Source: a virus. From it: a stretch of DNA of 37,518 nt. Position 1 is the first letter of the stretch; each line of letters opens with the position of its first letter. A program made the position numbers and the translations under genes. Of the stretch, positions 8,176-16,655 are shown piece after piece. The stretch spans positions 1-37,518 of IMG/VR virus record IMGVR_UViG_3300006217_000202. One strand, written 5' to 3'. The notes beneath the pieces are model-generated. The model did no database searches and had not been told where the DNA came from. It was given only the letters and a program-made list of their open reading frames with translations.

Positions 8176-8662
8176 AAAAGAACATATCTGCGTAGCATCG
8201 AGGGGACGGAACATCGCCCCGGACGGAGGTATAGAGCAGCATTTAGAGCCATGCCCGGTAATGGGTAAAACTAACTGTTTGACTACTGTAACCAAAGATA
8301 ATTTGATTTTAGAAAATACCAAAGCAACCGTGCAAAACGAAATTATACAAGTTAACCCCAGTAAAGAGAGCCACAACACCCAGCCATACCAACAAAACAG
8401 GGTTTACCATCCCGACGGAAAAACCCCGGCACTTATGCAGGGTACAGGAGGCCGAACGCTGAAAGTATTAACCGAGGCTGGGGGGGGACATACTCGCATA
8501 CGACGGTTGACCCCTACCGAGTGCGCACGCTTACAAACTGTGCCGGACTGGTACAAATGGGTAGTGTCGGAAACACAGCAATACAAGATGCTGGGTAACG
8601 GCTGGACTATTGAGGTTATCAAACATATATTTTCATTTTTGCCCGACCGCTTTAAACAGTAA
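8165..8662 (+). CDS. C5-cytosine DNA methyltransferase, C-terminal part (variable region plus motifs IX-X)
   Basis: RRLTPTECARLQTVPDWY (motif IX) and LGNGWTIEVIKHIF (motif X). This frame is open only from 8162 and overlaps the ORF1 stop by 11 nt. Confidence 0.8.
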   Translation: MENEKEHICVASRGRNIAPDGGIEQHLEPCPVMGKTNCLTTVTKDNLILENTKATVQNEIIQVNPSKESHNTQPYQQNRVYHPDGKTPALMQGTGGRTLKVLTEAGGGHTRIRRLTPTECARLQTVPDWYKWVVSETQQYKMLGNGWTIEVIKHIFSFLPDRFKQ

Positions 8663-8667
8663 TAACT

Positions 8668-8871
8668 ATGGCGACAACCACATTACGTTTTAGAATACCA
8701 CGCACCGAAATACCCGGCGTGTTTGCGCTCATGGAAGCCGAGGACACCCCGACGTGTGAGCTGCGCATTAAAAAACCTAATGTCGGCGTGCGCGAAATCG
8801 AGATAATAACCGACGAAGCAAACGCCGGTTATTTCCGTACCGCACTGGGGGGGGGCGTGACTAATGGATAA
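8668..8871 (+). CDS. Hypothetical protein
   Basis: 67-aa ORF. A G9 run at 8847-8855 is read as GGG. The ORF overlaps the primase start. Confidence 0.5.
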   Translation: MATTTLRFRIPRTEIPGVFALMEAEDTPTCELRIKKPNVGVREIEIITDEANAGYFRTALGGGVTNG

Positions 8872-11293
8872 ATTAAAATTTGACTTTGATTTAGACATAG
8901 CCACAGCCCACAGCCGACTATCGAAAAAATGGCGTAACAAACTGTGGAAGTGGAGCGACATTTTAGCCAAGTGCGCCGATACCAAGCGCACCAGCGAAAC
9001 AATGCGCGAATATCTGCGCATGAGCCGCGAGGAACAAAGCGGCATTAAGGACGTGGGCGGTTTTGTCGGTGGCTATCTATCCAACGGCACACGAAAGACT
9101 GCAAACGTGCTGTACCGCACGCTGGTTACGCTCGACATTGACTTTGGCACCGCAGACGTATGGGACGACTTTACCCTAAATTTCGACTGCGCGGCTATGA
9201 TATACAGCACGCATAAGCATACGCCCGAAAAGCCGCGTTTGCGTTTGGTACTTCCGGCTAACAGACAGATAACACCGGCTGAGTATGAGCCGGTTTGCCG
9301 CTACTGGACTGCGCGTATAGGTATCGAACTTTTCGACCATACGACCTACCAGCTGCCGCGCCTATTCTATTGGCCCAGCACCAGCCGCGACGGTGAGTAT
9401 TTTTTCGACTACCAAGATGGCCAGGCCTTTGACGTTGACGCTGTGCTGGCGACCTACCGCAACCCACAGGACGTTAGCGAGTGGCCCATGTCGAGCCGAG
9501 AGGGCGACGTACTGGCGCACGAAATCCGCAAGGCTGGCGACCCGACCGAGAAGCCCGGACTAATCGGCGCGTTTTGCCGTGCCTATACCATCGAGGAGGC
9601 GATAGAAAAATTTTTACCGGACGTGTACGAAAAGACCGCCAGCGACGGACGATATACCTATAAGGCTGGTAGCGTCGCCGGTGGCTGCGTCACATACGAA
9701 AGTAAATTTGCATTTTCGCACCATGACACTGACCCGGCAAGTATGAAGCTGTGCAACGCCTTTGACATAGTGCGCATACATCTTTTTGGGCTGCACGATG
9801 AGGGTAGCCGAGTAACTGAAATTACCCGGCTACCGTCGTATCAAAAAATGCAGGACTTTGTAGCCGCAGATAAGACCGTGCGCGTTTTGCTCACTAAAGA
9901 AAAGTTAGCCGACGCAGATAGCGACTTTGCCGACATTGACACTGAGGGCGACGAGGAACCTAACACCGATTGGATGGCCGATTTGGAACGCGACCGCAAA
10001 GGCACCATTAAAAGCACTGCCAAAAACATAATCTGCATACTGGAGAATGACCCGGCACTGGCAGGGCATTTGTGGCATGATTTGTTTAGCGGCTTCGATT
10101 TAGTCAGAGGTGGTTTGCCGTGGGACAAAAAAGCTACACAATGGGGCAACCGCGATGATGCTAATCTACGTATATACTTAGATGAACGCTACGAAATCAC
10201 CGGCAAAGACAAAATCAAGGACGCTAAGGACGCAGTATTAACCCGGCACCGCATACACCCAATTAGAGATTATCTAAACGGTTTGGTGTGGGACGGTACA
10301 CCGAGGTTAGAGCGTCTGATTATCGACTATATCGGTGCCGAAGATACACCGCTAAATAGGGCTATGACACGGAAGCATTTCACCGCTGCCGTGGCACGTA
10401 TCATGCAGCCCGGTTGCAAGTATGATTATTGCCTAATCATAGCCGGTGACGAGGGTATCGGTAAATCAACGCTATTTAGCATTATGGGCGGCGACTGGTT
10501 TAACGACAGCTTAGTAACCACAGAGGGCAAAAGCGGCATGGAGCAGCTACGGTGCGGCTGGGTCATAGAACTGGCCGAGTTATCAAGTATCAAGCGTAGC
10601 GACGTGGAGCAGGTAAAAAACTACATAAGCCGCCGCGATGATATTTACCGCGCAGCATACGGTACGGTAGTAGAAAAACATCCGCGCCAGTGTGTATTTT
10701 GCGGTACGACTAATGAGGCTTATTTTCTCAAAGGCGACACAGGAAACCGCCGGTTTTGGGTTATTGCCGTTAATCCGGAGCTGCGCAAATATCCCGACTT
10801 TGCCGACGCGCTCATACGTGACCGAAACCAGCTTTGGGCCGAGGCTGTCGAGTATTGGAAGCAGGGCGAAAAACTATATTTGCCCGGCGATTTAGAAGCG
10901 GAAGCACGCCAGCGACAAAGCCAGTACAACGACGATAACGACGACCCGATACGCGATATGCTCACTGTATTTTTAGACATGAAACTACCTGCCGACTGGG
11001 ACAGCTGGGAGTTAAACCGCCGCCGTGCGTATATCAAGAACCCTGACCCACTCGACGAGATAGGCACAGTGCGACGCGACAGGATTTGTGCGGCTGAGTT
11101 TATCTGTGAGCGCATGGGGCGTGAAATGTCGGACAAAGAATATAAGTACCTATCGCGCCGGGTGTGTCGCCTGTTAGATGAAATGGGCTGGGAGCGCAGG
11201 AGTACAAGCAGGTATATGGAAAAACTATATGGGCGGCAAAAGAGTTTTGCCCGACCTCTAAAAGACGACATCGAGTATGAGGGCGACATATAG
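8864..11293 (+). CDS. Primase / helicase (P4-type, VirE-family ATPase C-terminal domain)
   Basis: 809 aa with Walker A GDEGIGKST, downstream VIELAEL and FCGTTN motifs, and an N-terminal primase-like half joined by an acidic linker. Confidence 0.8.
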   Translation: MDKLKFDFDLDIATAHSRLSKKWRNKLWKWSDILAKCADTKRTSETMREYLRMSREEQSGIKDVGGFVGGYLSNGTRKTANVLYRTLVTLDIDFGTADVWDDFTLNFDCAAMIYSTHKHTPEKPRLRLVLPANRQITPAEYEPVCRYWTARIGIELFDHTTYQLPRLFYWPSTSRDGEYFFDYQDGQAFDVDAVLATYRNPQDVSEWPMSSREGDVLAHEIRKAGDPTEKPGLIGAFCRAYTIEEAIEKFLPDVYEKTASDGRYTYKAGSVAGGCVTYESKFAFSHHDTDPASMKLCNAFDIVRIHLFGLHDEGSRVTEITRLPSYQKMQDFVAADKTVRVLLTKEKLADADSDFADIDTEGDEEPNTDWMADLERDRKGTIKSTAKNIICILENDPALAGHLWHDLFSGFDLVRGGLPWDKKATQWGNRDDANLRIYLDERYEITGKDKIKDAKDAVLTRHRIHPIRDYLNGLVWDGTPRLERLIIDYIGAEDTPLNRAMTRKHFTAAVARIMQPGCKYDYCLIIAGDEGIGKSTLFSIMGGDWFNDSLVTTEGKSGMEQLRCGWVIELAELSSIKRSDVEQVKNYISRRDDIYRAAYGTVVEKHPRQCVFCGTTNEAYFLKGDTGNRRFWVIAVNPELRKYPDFADALIRDRNQLWAEAVEYWKQGEKLYLPGDLEAEARQRQSQYNDDNDDPIRDMLTVFLDMKLPADWDSWELNRRRAYIKNPDPLDEIGTVRRDRICAAEFICERMGREMSDKEYKYLSRRVCRLLDEMGWERRSTSRYMEKLYGRQKSFARPLKDDIEYEGDI

Positions 11294-11296
11294 TTT

Positions 11297-11568
11297 TTGG
11301 CAACTAAGTTAGAGTTGCCAAAGTGACAAAACTTAGTTGCCAGCAACCACAGAAAACAAAAACGTGGCAACTGGCAACCAAGAAAAAAAACTTAGTTGCC
11401 GCGTTCAGTTACCACGGAAAAGCTGATAAATAAAGCGGTTAGGTTATATGGCAACTATGGCAACTTAAATATATAACTATTTAGAAAAGTAATGTTTTAT
11501 AGTGGTAATTTAGAAAAAATAAGCATATATCTATTTATTTATATATGTATGCCAAAATTTAAGTTGCC
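11297..11568. promoter_or_regulatory. Putative replication origin: iteron array plus AT-rich segment
   Basis: Nine GGCAAC/GTTGCC hexamers at 11299, 11314, 11336, 11366, 11373, 11395, 11450, 11459 and 11563, including the palindrome TTGGCAAC-N9-GTTGCCAA. AT-rich 11461-11556 carries ATTTAGAAAA twice (11479, 11508). Lies immediately downstream of the primase gene. Confidence 0.5.
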
Positions 11569-11586
11569 ACGGTAGCCAAATAAGAA

Positions 11587-11784
11587 ATGACTAAAAAAGA
11601 ACTTTTAGAAGCACTGCAAGACCTACCCGATAACGCGGAGGTTGTAGTTATAATCCACGCTTCCGAACCTCTGCGGCGAGAAATAGCGCGAGTGAGAACT
11701 ACCCCGGAAAGGAACCCCACCGGAGTTATCGAGGTTTTCAAAAAACTACGTGACCAAAAGGAAATAAAACTACTGCCGCTATGA
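11587..11784 (+). CDS. Hypothetical protein
   Basis: 65-aa ORF; ATGA overlap with the next gene. Confidence 0.5.
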   Translation: MTKKELLEALQDLPDNAEVVVIIHASEPLRREIARVRTTPERNPTGVIEVFKKLRDQKEIKLLPL

Positions 11785-12101
11785 ACAAACGAAGTATCGA
11801 GAATTTAACCCACCATGCCGACGTATCGGAAAAGGCGATAGAGCGGTATTTAGTGGAACAGGCAAAACAAAACGGTTTGCTGTGCCTCAAATACTCTAAC
11901 CCTAACATGGTAGGTTATCCCGACCGCCTGTTAGTGCTTCCGGGCGGTGGCGTAGTTTGGGCAGAACTAAAAAGCAAAGGACGGAAGCCAACAAAGATAC
12001 AGCAAATACGCATAGCTGAGTTAATCGGCATGGGGCATTTGGTGAAAGTGATAGACAATAAAGCCGACATCGACGAACTGATTAAATTAGCCAAGCAATG
12101 A
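11781..12101 (+). CDS. VRR-NUC domain nuclease
   Basis: GYPDRLLVLPGGGVVWAELKSKGRKPTKIQ matches the VRR-NUC D...ExK pattern. Confidence 0.7.
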   Translation: MNKRSIENLTHHADVSEKAIERYLVEQAKQNGLLCLKYSNPNMVGYPDRLLVLPGGGVVWAELKSKGRKPTKIQQIRIAELIGMGHLVKVIDNKADIDELIKLAKQ

Positions 12102-12592
12102 AAGTAAAGTGCGATACCTGCGGACGAGAATTTGACCGGCGGCCATCGACCATAAAACCGATTAACTATTGCAGTCAATCGTGTTACCATGCTGCAAAAC
12201 AGGCTACCGTAAAATGCGAAAAATGCGGCAAAATCTTTAAACGGCTAAAATCTGATATTAAAAACCATGTGTTTTGTAGTTCCGAATGTGCCAGCGACTA
12301 TTTACGAGAAATTGGCGCAAACACATTTCGTCGGATAAATCCCACTGAGGAAAATCGCCGACGTTTAAGAGCTGCCAAAATTGGCAAAGGTAAAAAAGAT
12401 ACCTACGAAAAAACTCATGGGCGGCATACCCACAGAATAGTAGCCGAACAAATATTAGGCCGACCACTTAAACCGGGTGAGGTGGTACACCATATCGACG
12501 GTAACAAACGAAACAACAACCCCGAAAATCTAATGGTGTTTGCGTCACAAGCATTACACCGTAAATGGCATAGTGAACATGATAAACTTTAA
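12098..12592 (+). CDS. HNH endonuclease with N-terminal zinc-ribbon repeats
   Basis: CDTCG...CSQSC and CEKCG...CSSEC, then HHIDGNKRNNNPENL. Confidence 0.8.
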   Translation: MKVKCDTCGREFDRRPSTIKPINYCSQSCYHAAKQATVKCEKCGKIFKRLKSDIKNHVFCSSECASDYLREIGANTFRRINPTEENRRRLRAAKIGKGKKDTYEKTHGRHTHRIVAEQILGRPLKPGEVVHHIDGNKRNNNPENLMVFASQALHRKWHSEHDKL

Positions 12593-13961
12593 CCCCTATC
12601 CCTATCAATTAAAAGGGATTGAATGGATAATACAACATCCCGAAAGTGCCTTATTGTGGGAAATGGGTTTAGGCAAGTCAGTCGTAACCCTTACTGCAAT
12701 ACAGGAGCTTATTGACGAGTGCGAGATTAGCCGCGCACTGGTAGTAGCACCCAAAAAGGTAGCCGAAACCACATGGACTACGGAGGCGGCCAAATGGAAC
12801 CACTTGCAAGGCATGAAGGTGGCAAAGGTCATGGGCACGGAAAAACAGCGCAAAATGGCGTTAGCCGAAAAAGCCGACATCTACGTTATAGGCCGTGATA
12901 ACTTTGTATGGCTTGTAGGACTTTACGGCGGCAAATTGCCGTTTGACGTTTTGGTTATCGACGAGTTAACCAGCTTCAAAAATTCCAAGTCGCAAAGGTT
13001 TAAGGCTATGCGAATCGCCCGGCCAAGTGTAAAGCGTGTAATCGGTCTGACCGGCACCCCTGCACCTAATGGGCTAATCGACCTATGGGGGCAAATGTAC
13101 TGTGTGGATAAAGGCGTAAGGCTTGGTAAGTCAGTAACCAAATACCGCGAAACCTACTTTGAAACCCATAGCTGGAATAACATAGTAGTGCGCTGTGACG
13201 TAAAAAAGGGCTGTGAGGAAATCATACGGAATAAGATAGCCGATATTTGCCTAAGTATGCAAGCAAAGGACTATTTGCAGTTACCCGATTTGATGATGCA
13301 CACCGTACCGGTGGAACTGACCCCGGCCACCATGTCGGCGTATAATAAGTTTGAGCGTGAAAAGGTGTTAGAGTTTAAGCAGGAGCATGAGGGCGAACCG
13401 ACTAACATACTGGTTAATTCTGCCGCCGGACTTATGAATAAGTTAGCCCAGTTTGCCAACGGCGCAATATATGACGACAAAAGGGAAATACACGAAATCC
13501 ACAGCGAAAAGGTGGATAAGTTAGCCGAGATCGTAGAAGCCGCCAACGGTAACAGCGTGTTAGTATTCTACCAGTTTAAGCACGATATACCACGCATAAC
13601 AAAGAAGCTGAAAGGCTACCGGGTAGAAGTGTATGAGGGCGAAAAGCAGCTATTAGACTGGAACGCCGGAAAGATAGACGTACTACTGGCTCATCCGGCA
13701 AGTACGGCGTATGGCCTTAATATGCAGCAGGGCGGCCACTACATAGTTTGGTTTGGTACTGGCTGGGATTTAGAGTTATTCCAACAGGCTAACGCCCGAC
13801 TGCATAGACAGGGACAAAGGCACCCGGTAACGGTGTATAAGTTAATCGGGGCGCATACTGTAGATGAACGCGCCAGCGCGTCACTTGAAAATAAAAAGGT
13901 CAAACAGCAGAGTTTATTAGACAGTCTTAACTACTTAATACGCAAACATAGTAATGGCTAA
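12579..13961 (+). CDS. SNF2-family helicase (DEAD-like N-terminal and helicase C-terminal domains)
   Basis: PYQLKGIEW, GLGKS (Walker A), DELTSFKN (DExx), helicase-C motif QQANARLHRQGQ. Start taken at MINFNPYPYQ; the ORF track starts at 12540. Confidence 0.8.
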   Translation: MINFNPYPYQLKGIEWIIQHPESALLWEMGLGKSVVTLTAIQELIDECEISRALVVAPKKVAETTWTTEAAKWNHLQGMKVAKVMGTEKQRKMALAEKADIYVIGRDNFVWLVGLYGGKLPFDVLVIDELTSFKNSKSQRFKAMRIARPSVKRVIGLTGTPAPNGLIDLWGQMYCVDKGVRLGKSVTKYRETYFETHSWNNIVVRCDVKKGCEEIIRNKIADICLSMQAKDYLQLPDLMMHTVPVELTPATMSAYNKFEREKVLEFKQEHEGEPTNILVNSAAGLMNKLAQFANGAIYDDKREIHEIHSEKVDKLAEIVEAANGNSVLVFYQFKHDIPRITKKLKGYRVEVYEGEKQLLDWNAGKIDVLLAHPASTAYGLNMQQGGHYIVWFGTGWDLELFQQANARLHRQGQRHPVTVYKLIGAHTVDERASASLENKKVKQQSLLDSLNYLIRKHSNG

Positions 13962-14289
13962 GGATAAAGATTATATAAAGCTAATCCATACGCCGCGATG
14001 GTTAAACCTACGGCGTGCGATCCTGTCGGCTCACCCCCTATGCGAGAGGTGCAAGGCACAGGGCTACATAACACCGGCCACGGAGGTACACCACCACCGA
14101 CCAGTAGAGTACGGCGTTAGCTATGCCGAGAAATGCCGCCTTATGTACGACGTAAATAACCTGCGTGCGCTGTGCCATGACTGCCACGTTAAGGTACATA
14201 CGGAGATGGGACGGAGCGGCAAGGCAGCGACCAAGCGACATAACGCCGAAGTGGTGGCCGGGGTAATCAAAAAATTTTTTGGTGGATGA
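13954..14289 (+). CDS. HNH endonuclease (terminase-associated type)
   Basis: CERC...HH...LCHDCHVKVH motif, immediately upstream of the terminase genes. Confidence 0.8.
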   Translation: MAKDKDYIKLIHTPRWLNLRRAILSAHPLCERCKAQGYITPATEVHHHRPVEYGVSYAEKCRLMYDVNNLRALCHDCHVKVHTEMGRSGKAATKRHNAEVVAGVIKKFFGG

Positions 14290-14404
14290 AGCAGGGGGGG
14301 GGGCATTTTTTTAAGGCACCCCGGTTTTGCTAAACCTCGCCCCCACCTTTGCTTTTGTGTGAGCGATTTTTTCAATTTAAGCAAATATAGAAAAATTAAC
14401 AAAA
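14290..14404. other. Candidate cos / packaging-recognition region
   Basis: 115-nt spacer between the HNH and TerS genes containing G10 (14294-14303), T7 (14306-14312) and CGCCCCCACC. The position is inferred from the HNH-TerS-TerL arrangement. Confidence 0.3.
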
Positions 14405-14800
14405 ATGGCGAAAAAAGTTAACGAATATAAAAAAGACATCGAAAAGGTCCTAAAGTCTGCCAGCCGCTACAGCCGAAGTTTGGACGCACAAATACTGTCG
14501 CTGGCCGGTGCGCTTCGCACGCTCGATTTGGCTAACGACGAGATCGACAACTTAGACACTACTACCATTTCGTCGGTTAGCCGATATGGAAATGAAACGC
14601 TGGTGCCTCACCCGGTTTTTAAGATACAGAAAGACGCGCAGGACAGCGTAACGCGACAGATGAAAGCGTTAGGGCTGACCGTCGAGGAACTGACCGGCAC
14701 CGACGATAACGATCCGCTGGTAGATCTAACCAAAAAGGTTAAGAACTCAACCCGGAAAAAGCCAACTATCATAAAACGTAATACCGAGCCTACAGCATGA
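14405..14800 (+). CDS. terS: Terminase small subunit (P27-like)
   Basis: 131-aa ORF directly upstream of and overlapping TerL. Size and position fit; sequence resemblance is weak and from memory only. Confidence 0.6.
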   Translation: MAKKVNEYKKDIEKVLKSASRYSRSLDAQILSLAGALRTLDLANDEIDNLDTTTISSVSRYGNETLVPHPVFKIQKDAQDSVTRQMKALGLTVEELTGTDDNDPLVDLTKKVKNSTRKKPTIIKRNTEPTA

Positions 14801-16503
14801 CAGAGGAAGAAAAGGATAAACTACGACAGGCAAAGATCGAAGTAACAAAGCGACTGGCCGCTACGCCTATCGCCGACTACCGGCTGTGTGAAGTTGACGC
14901 ACGGCTGGAGTGCTACGTTATGGAGGTAGCACAAAATCCGGAAGCGCACAACCTCTACGAACAGTTAGCGGTTTTGCGTTACTTCCGGCTGGCTGACAAA
15001 TACGGCATAAACGCTACCGAGGTACACCGGATTTTTACTCTATATGAAAACCTACATTTTCCCGGTAAAGCCGGTTTGCAGACATACGCGCTAACCCCGG
15101 TGCAAACATTCCAGTTTGCCAGTATCTACGGCTTTTGGGATGGATGCCGCCGGGTAGTGCGCGAGGCGGTGTTATTTGTGCCACGCAAATTTAGCAAAAC
15201 TACGTCGAGTGCCACATTTGCCGTAGATGATTTGCTATATGGTGATGCAAACGCCGAGAGTTACACCGGGGCCAACAGTAGCGACCAAGCTAAAAAATGC
15301 TTTGACGTGATCCGGGGCTGTATGTTTAAATTAGACCCGAAAGAACGCCGCTATACAGTCAACGAGCAAACGATAAAAAGCAAGCGCAAAGACCGGACGG
15401 CTTTTGCACAGTGTTTAACAGCCAACGCCCGGACAAAAGACGGCCTAAACGCCAGCACGGTTATTATGGATGAGTTTAGCCAAGCACGCGACAGTGACCT
15501 ACTAAACGTGCTTACTACGTCGATGGGTGTACGCGATAATCCGCTAACCGTGATTATTACGACCGCTTCCGACGTTTTCGACGGCCCATTTTACGAAATG
15601 CTGCAAGGATATAAGGCTATTTTGCTGGGCGAATTTGAGGATGATAGCGTATTTATCCATATTTTTGAGCCGGATTTAGACGACCCGGAGGACGCAGAAA
15701 CGACGTGGCGCAAAGTACAGCCCCACATGGACGTAACGGTAAAAATGGAGTTTTACCGACAGGAGTATAAAAACGCACTGCGCAAAGGCGCGGAGGGTAT
15801 GTTAGCGTTTCGTACCAAGTTGCTAAATATCTATGCCGAGAATGAGCAACGTAGCTGGATAAGTAGCACACTGGCCCGGAGTATCGCCCGGCCTATGCCG
15901 CTGGAGGCTATAACCGGGCGGCCGGACGCTATGGTAGCTATCGATCTGTCGGAAAGCGACGACTTTAGCGCGGTGACGCTGGGGCTATATGACGCATCGC
16001 GGTATAGCTTCGATTTCCACACGGCGTATTTTTTCCCGGAGGGGGCATTAGACGGACACCCCAACGAAAAGATGTACCGCGTATGGGCTAAAAAGGGTTA
16101 TTTGATACTCACCCCCGGCGACGTTATCGACTATCGGGTAATCGTTAACTACATTCTATACCTTAGCGAACTGGTACGCATTTTGGGTATCGGCTATGAT
16201 TCGTGGAAAAGCAATGAAATTATAAATATGCTGGCTACCGTCGGCGGCGATAGTACCCTAATAGGGGTTAAGCAAACCTATGGAAATTTTACCGCCCCGG
16301 TAGAAAGTTTTGAGCATGGGGCCAAAACCGGAAAAATCCATATAAACGACAACCCCATTAACTATTATTGTTTCGGTAATGCAGTCTTAGACTTTGACAA
16401 ACTGGAGAACTGCAAGCCGATTAAGCGAAAGCAAACACAGAAGATAGACGGCGTAATTACCAAACTTATGTGTATGCGCCTGTTTATAGACTCACTGCGT
16501 TAA
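14797..16503 (+). CDS. terL: Terminase large subunit
   Basis: 568 aa. Walker-A-like VPRKFSKTT, a VIMDEF Walker B-like motif, and a position before the portal gene. Confidence 0.85.
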   Translation: MTEEEKDKLRQAKIEVTKRLAATPIADYRLCEVDARLECYVMEVAQNPEAHNLYEQLAVLRYFRLADKYGINATEVHRIFTLYENLHFPGKAGLQTYALTPVQTFQFASIYGFWDGCRRVVREAVLFVPRKFSKTTSSATFAVDDLLYGDANAESYTGANSSDQAKKCFDVIRGCMFKLDPKERRYTVNEQTIKSKRKDRTAFAQCLTANARTKDGLNASTVIMDEFSQARDSDLLNVLTTSMGVRDNPLTVIITTASDVFDGPFYEMLQGYKAILLGEFEDDSVFIHIFEPDLDDPEDAETTWRKVQPHMDVTVKMEFYRQEYKNALRKGAEGMLAFRTKLLNIYAENEQRSWISSTLARSIARPMPLEAITGRPDAMVAIDLSESDDFSAVTLGLYDASRYSFDFHTAYFFPEGALDGHPNEKMYRVWAKKGYLILTPGDVIDYRVIVNYILYLSELVRILGIGYDSWKSNEIINMLATVGGDSTLIGVKQTYGNFTAPVESFEHGAKTGKIHINDNPINYYCFGNAVLDFDKLENCKPIKRKQTQKIDGVITKLMCMRLFIDSLR

Positions 16504-16627
16504 TTATTGTTAATAATACTTAAAATAGCATTTAATAAATATAAGCATATAAAAATAAAAGAAAATATCGAAAATAAATGCAAATAAAGTGCTGATTTAG
16601 TGATTTTTACACCCCGAAAATTTATTA

Positions 16628-16635
16628 TATCTTTG
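16628..16635 (+). promoter_or_regulatory. Bacteroidota-type -7 promoter box TATCTTTG upstream of the portal gene
   Basis: Exact TAnnTTTG 20 nt before ATG 16656, inside a 152-nt AT-rich spacer. No clean -33 TTTG is present. Confidence 0.45.
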
Positions 16636-16655
16636 CGTATTAACTATGTAGTATA

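Noticed and set aside
11294-11586. Possible CRISPR array or tRNA in the repeat-rich gap.
   Set aside because: The repeats are 6-11 nt, irregularly spaced and in both orientations. There is no cloverleaf-compatible sequence and there are no cas genes.
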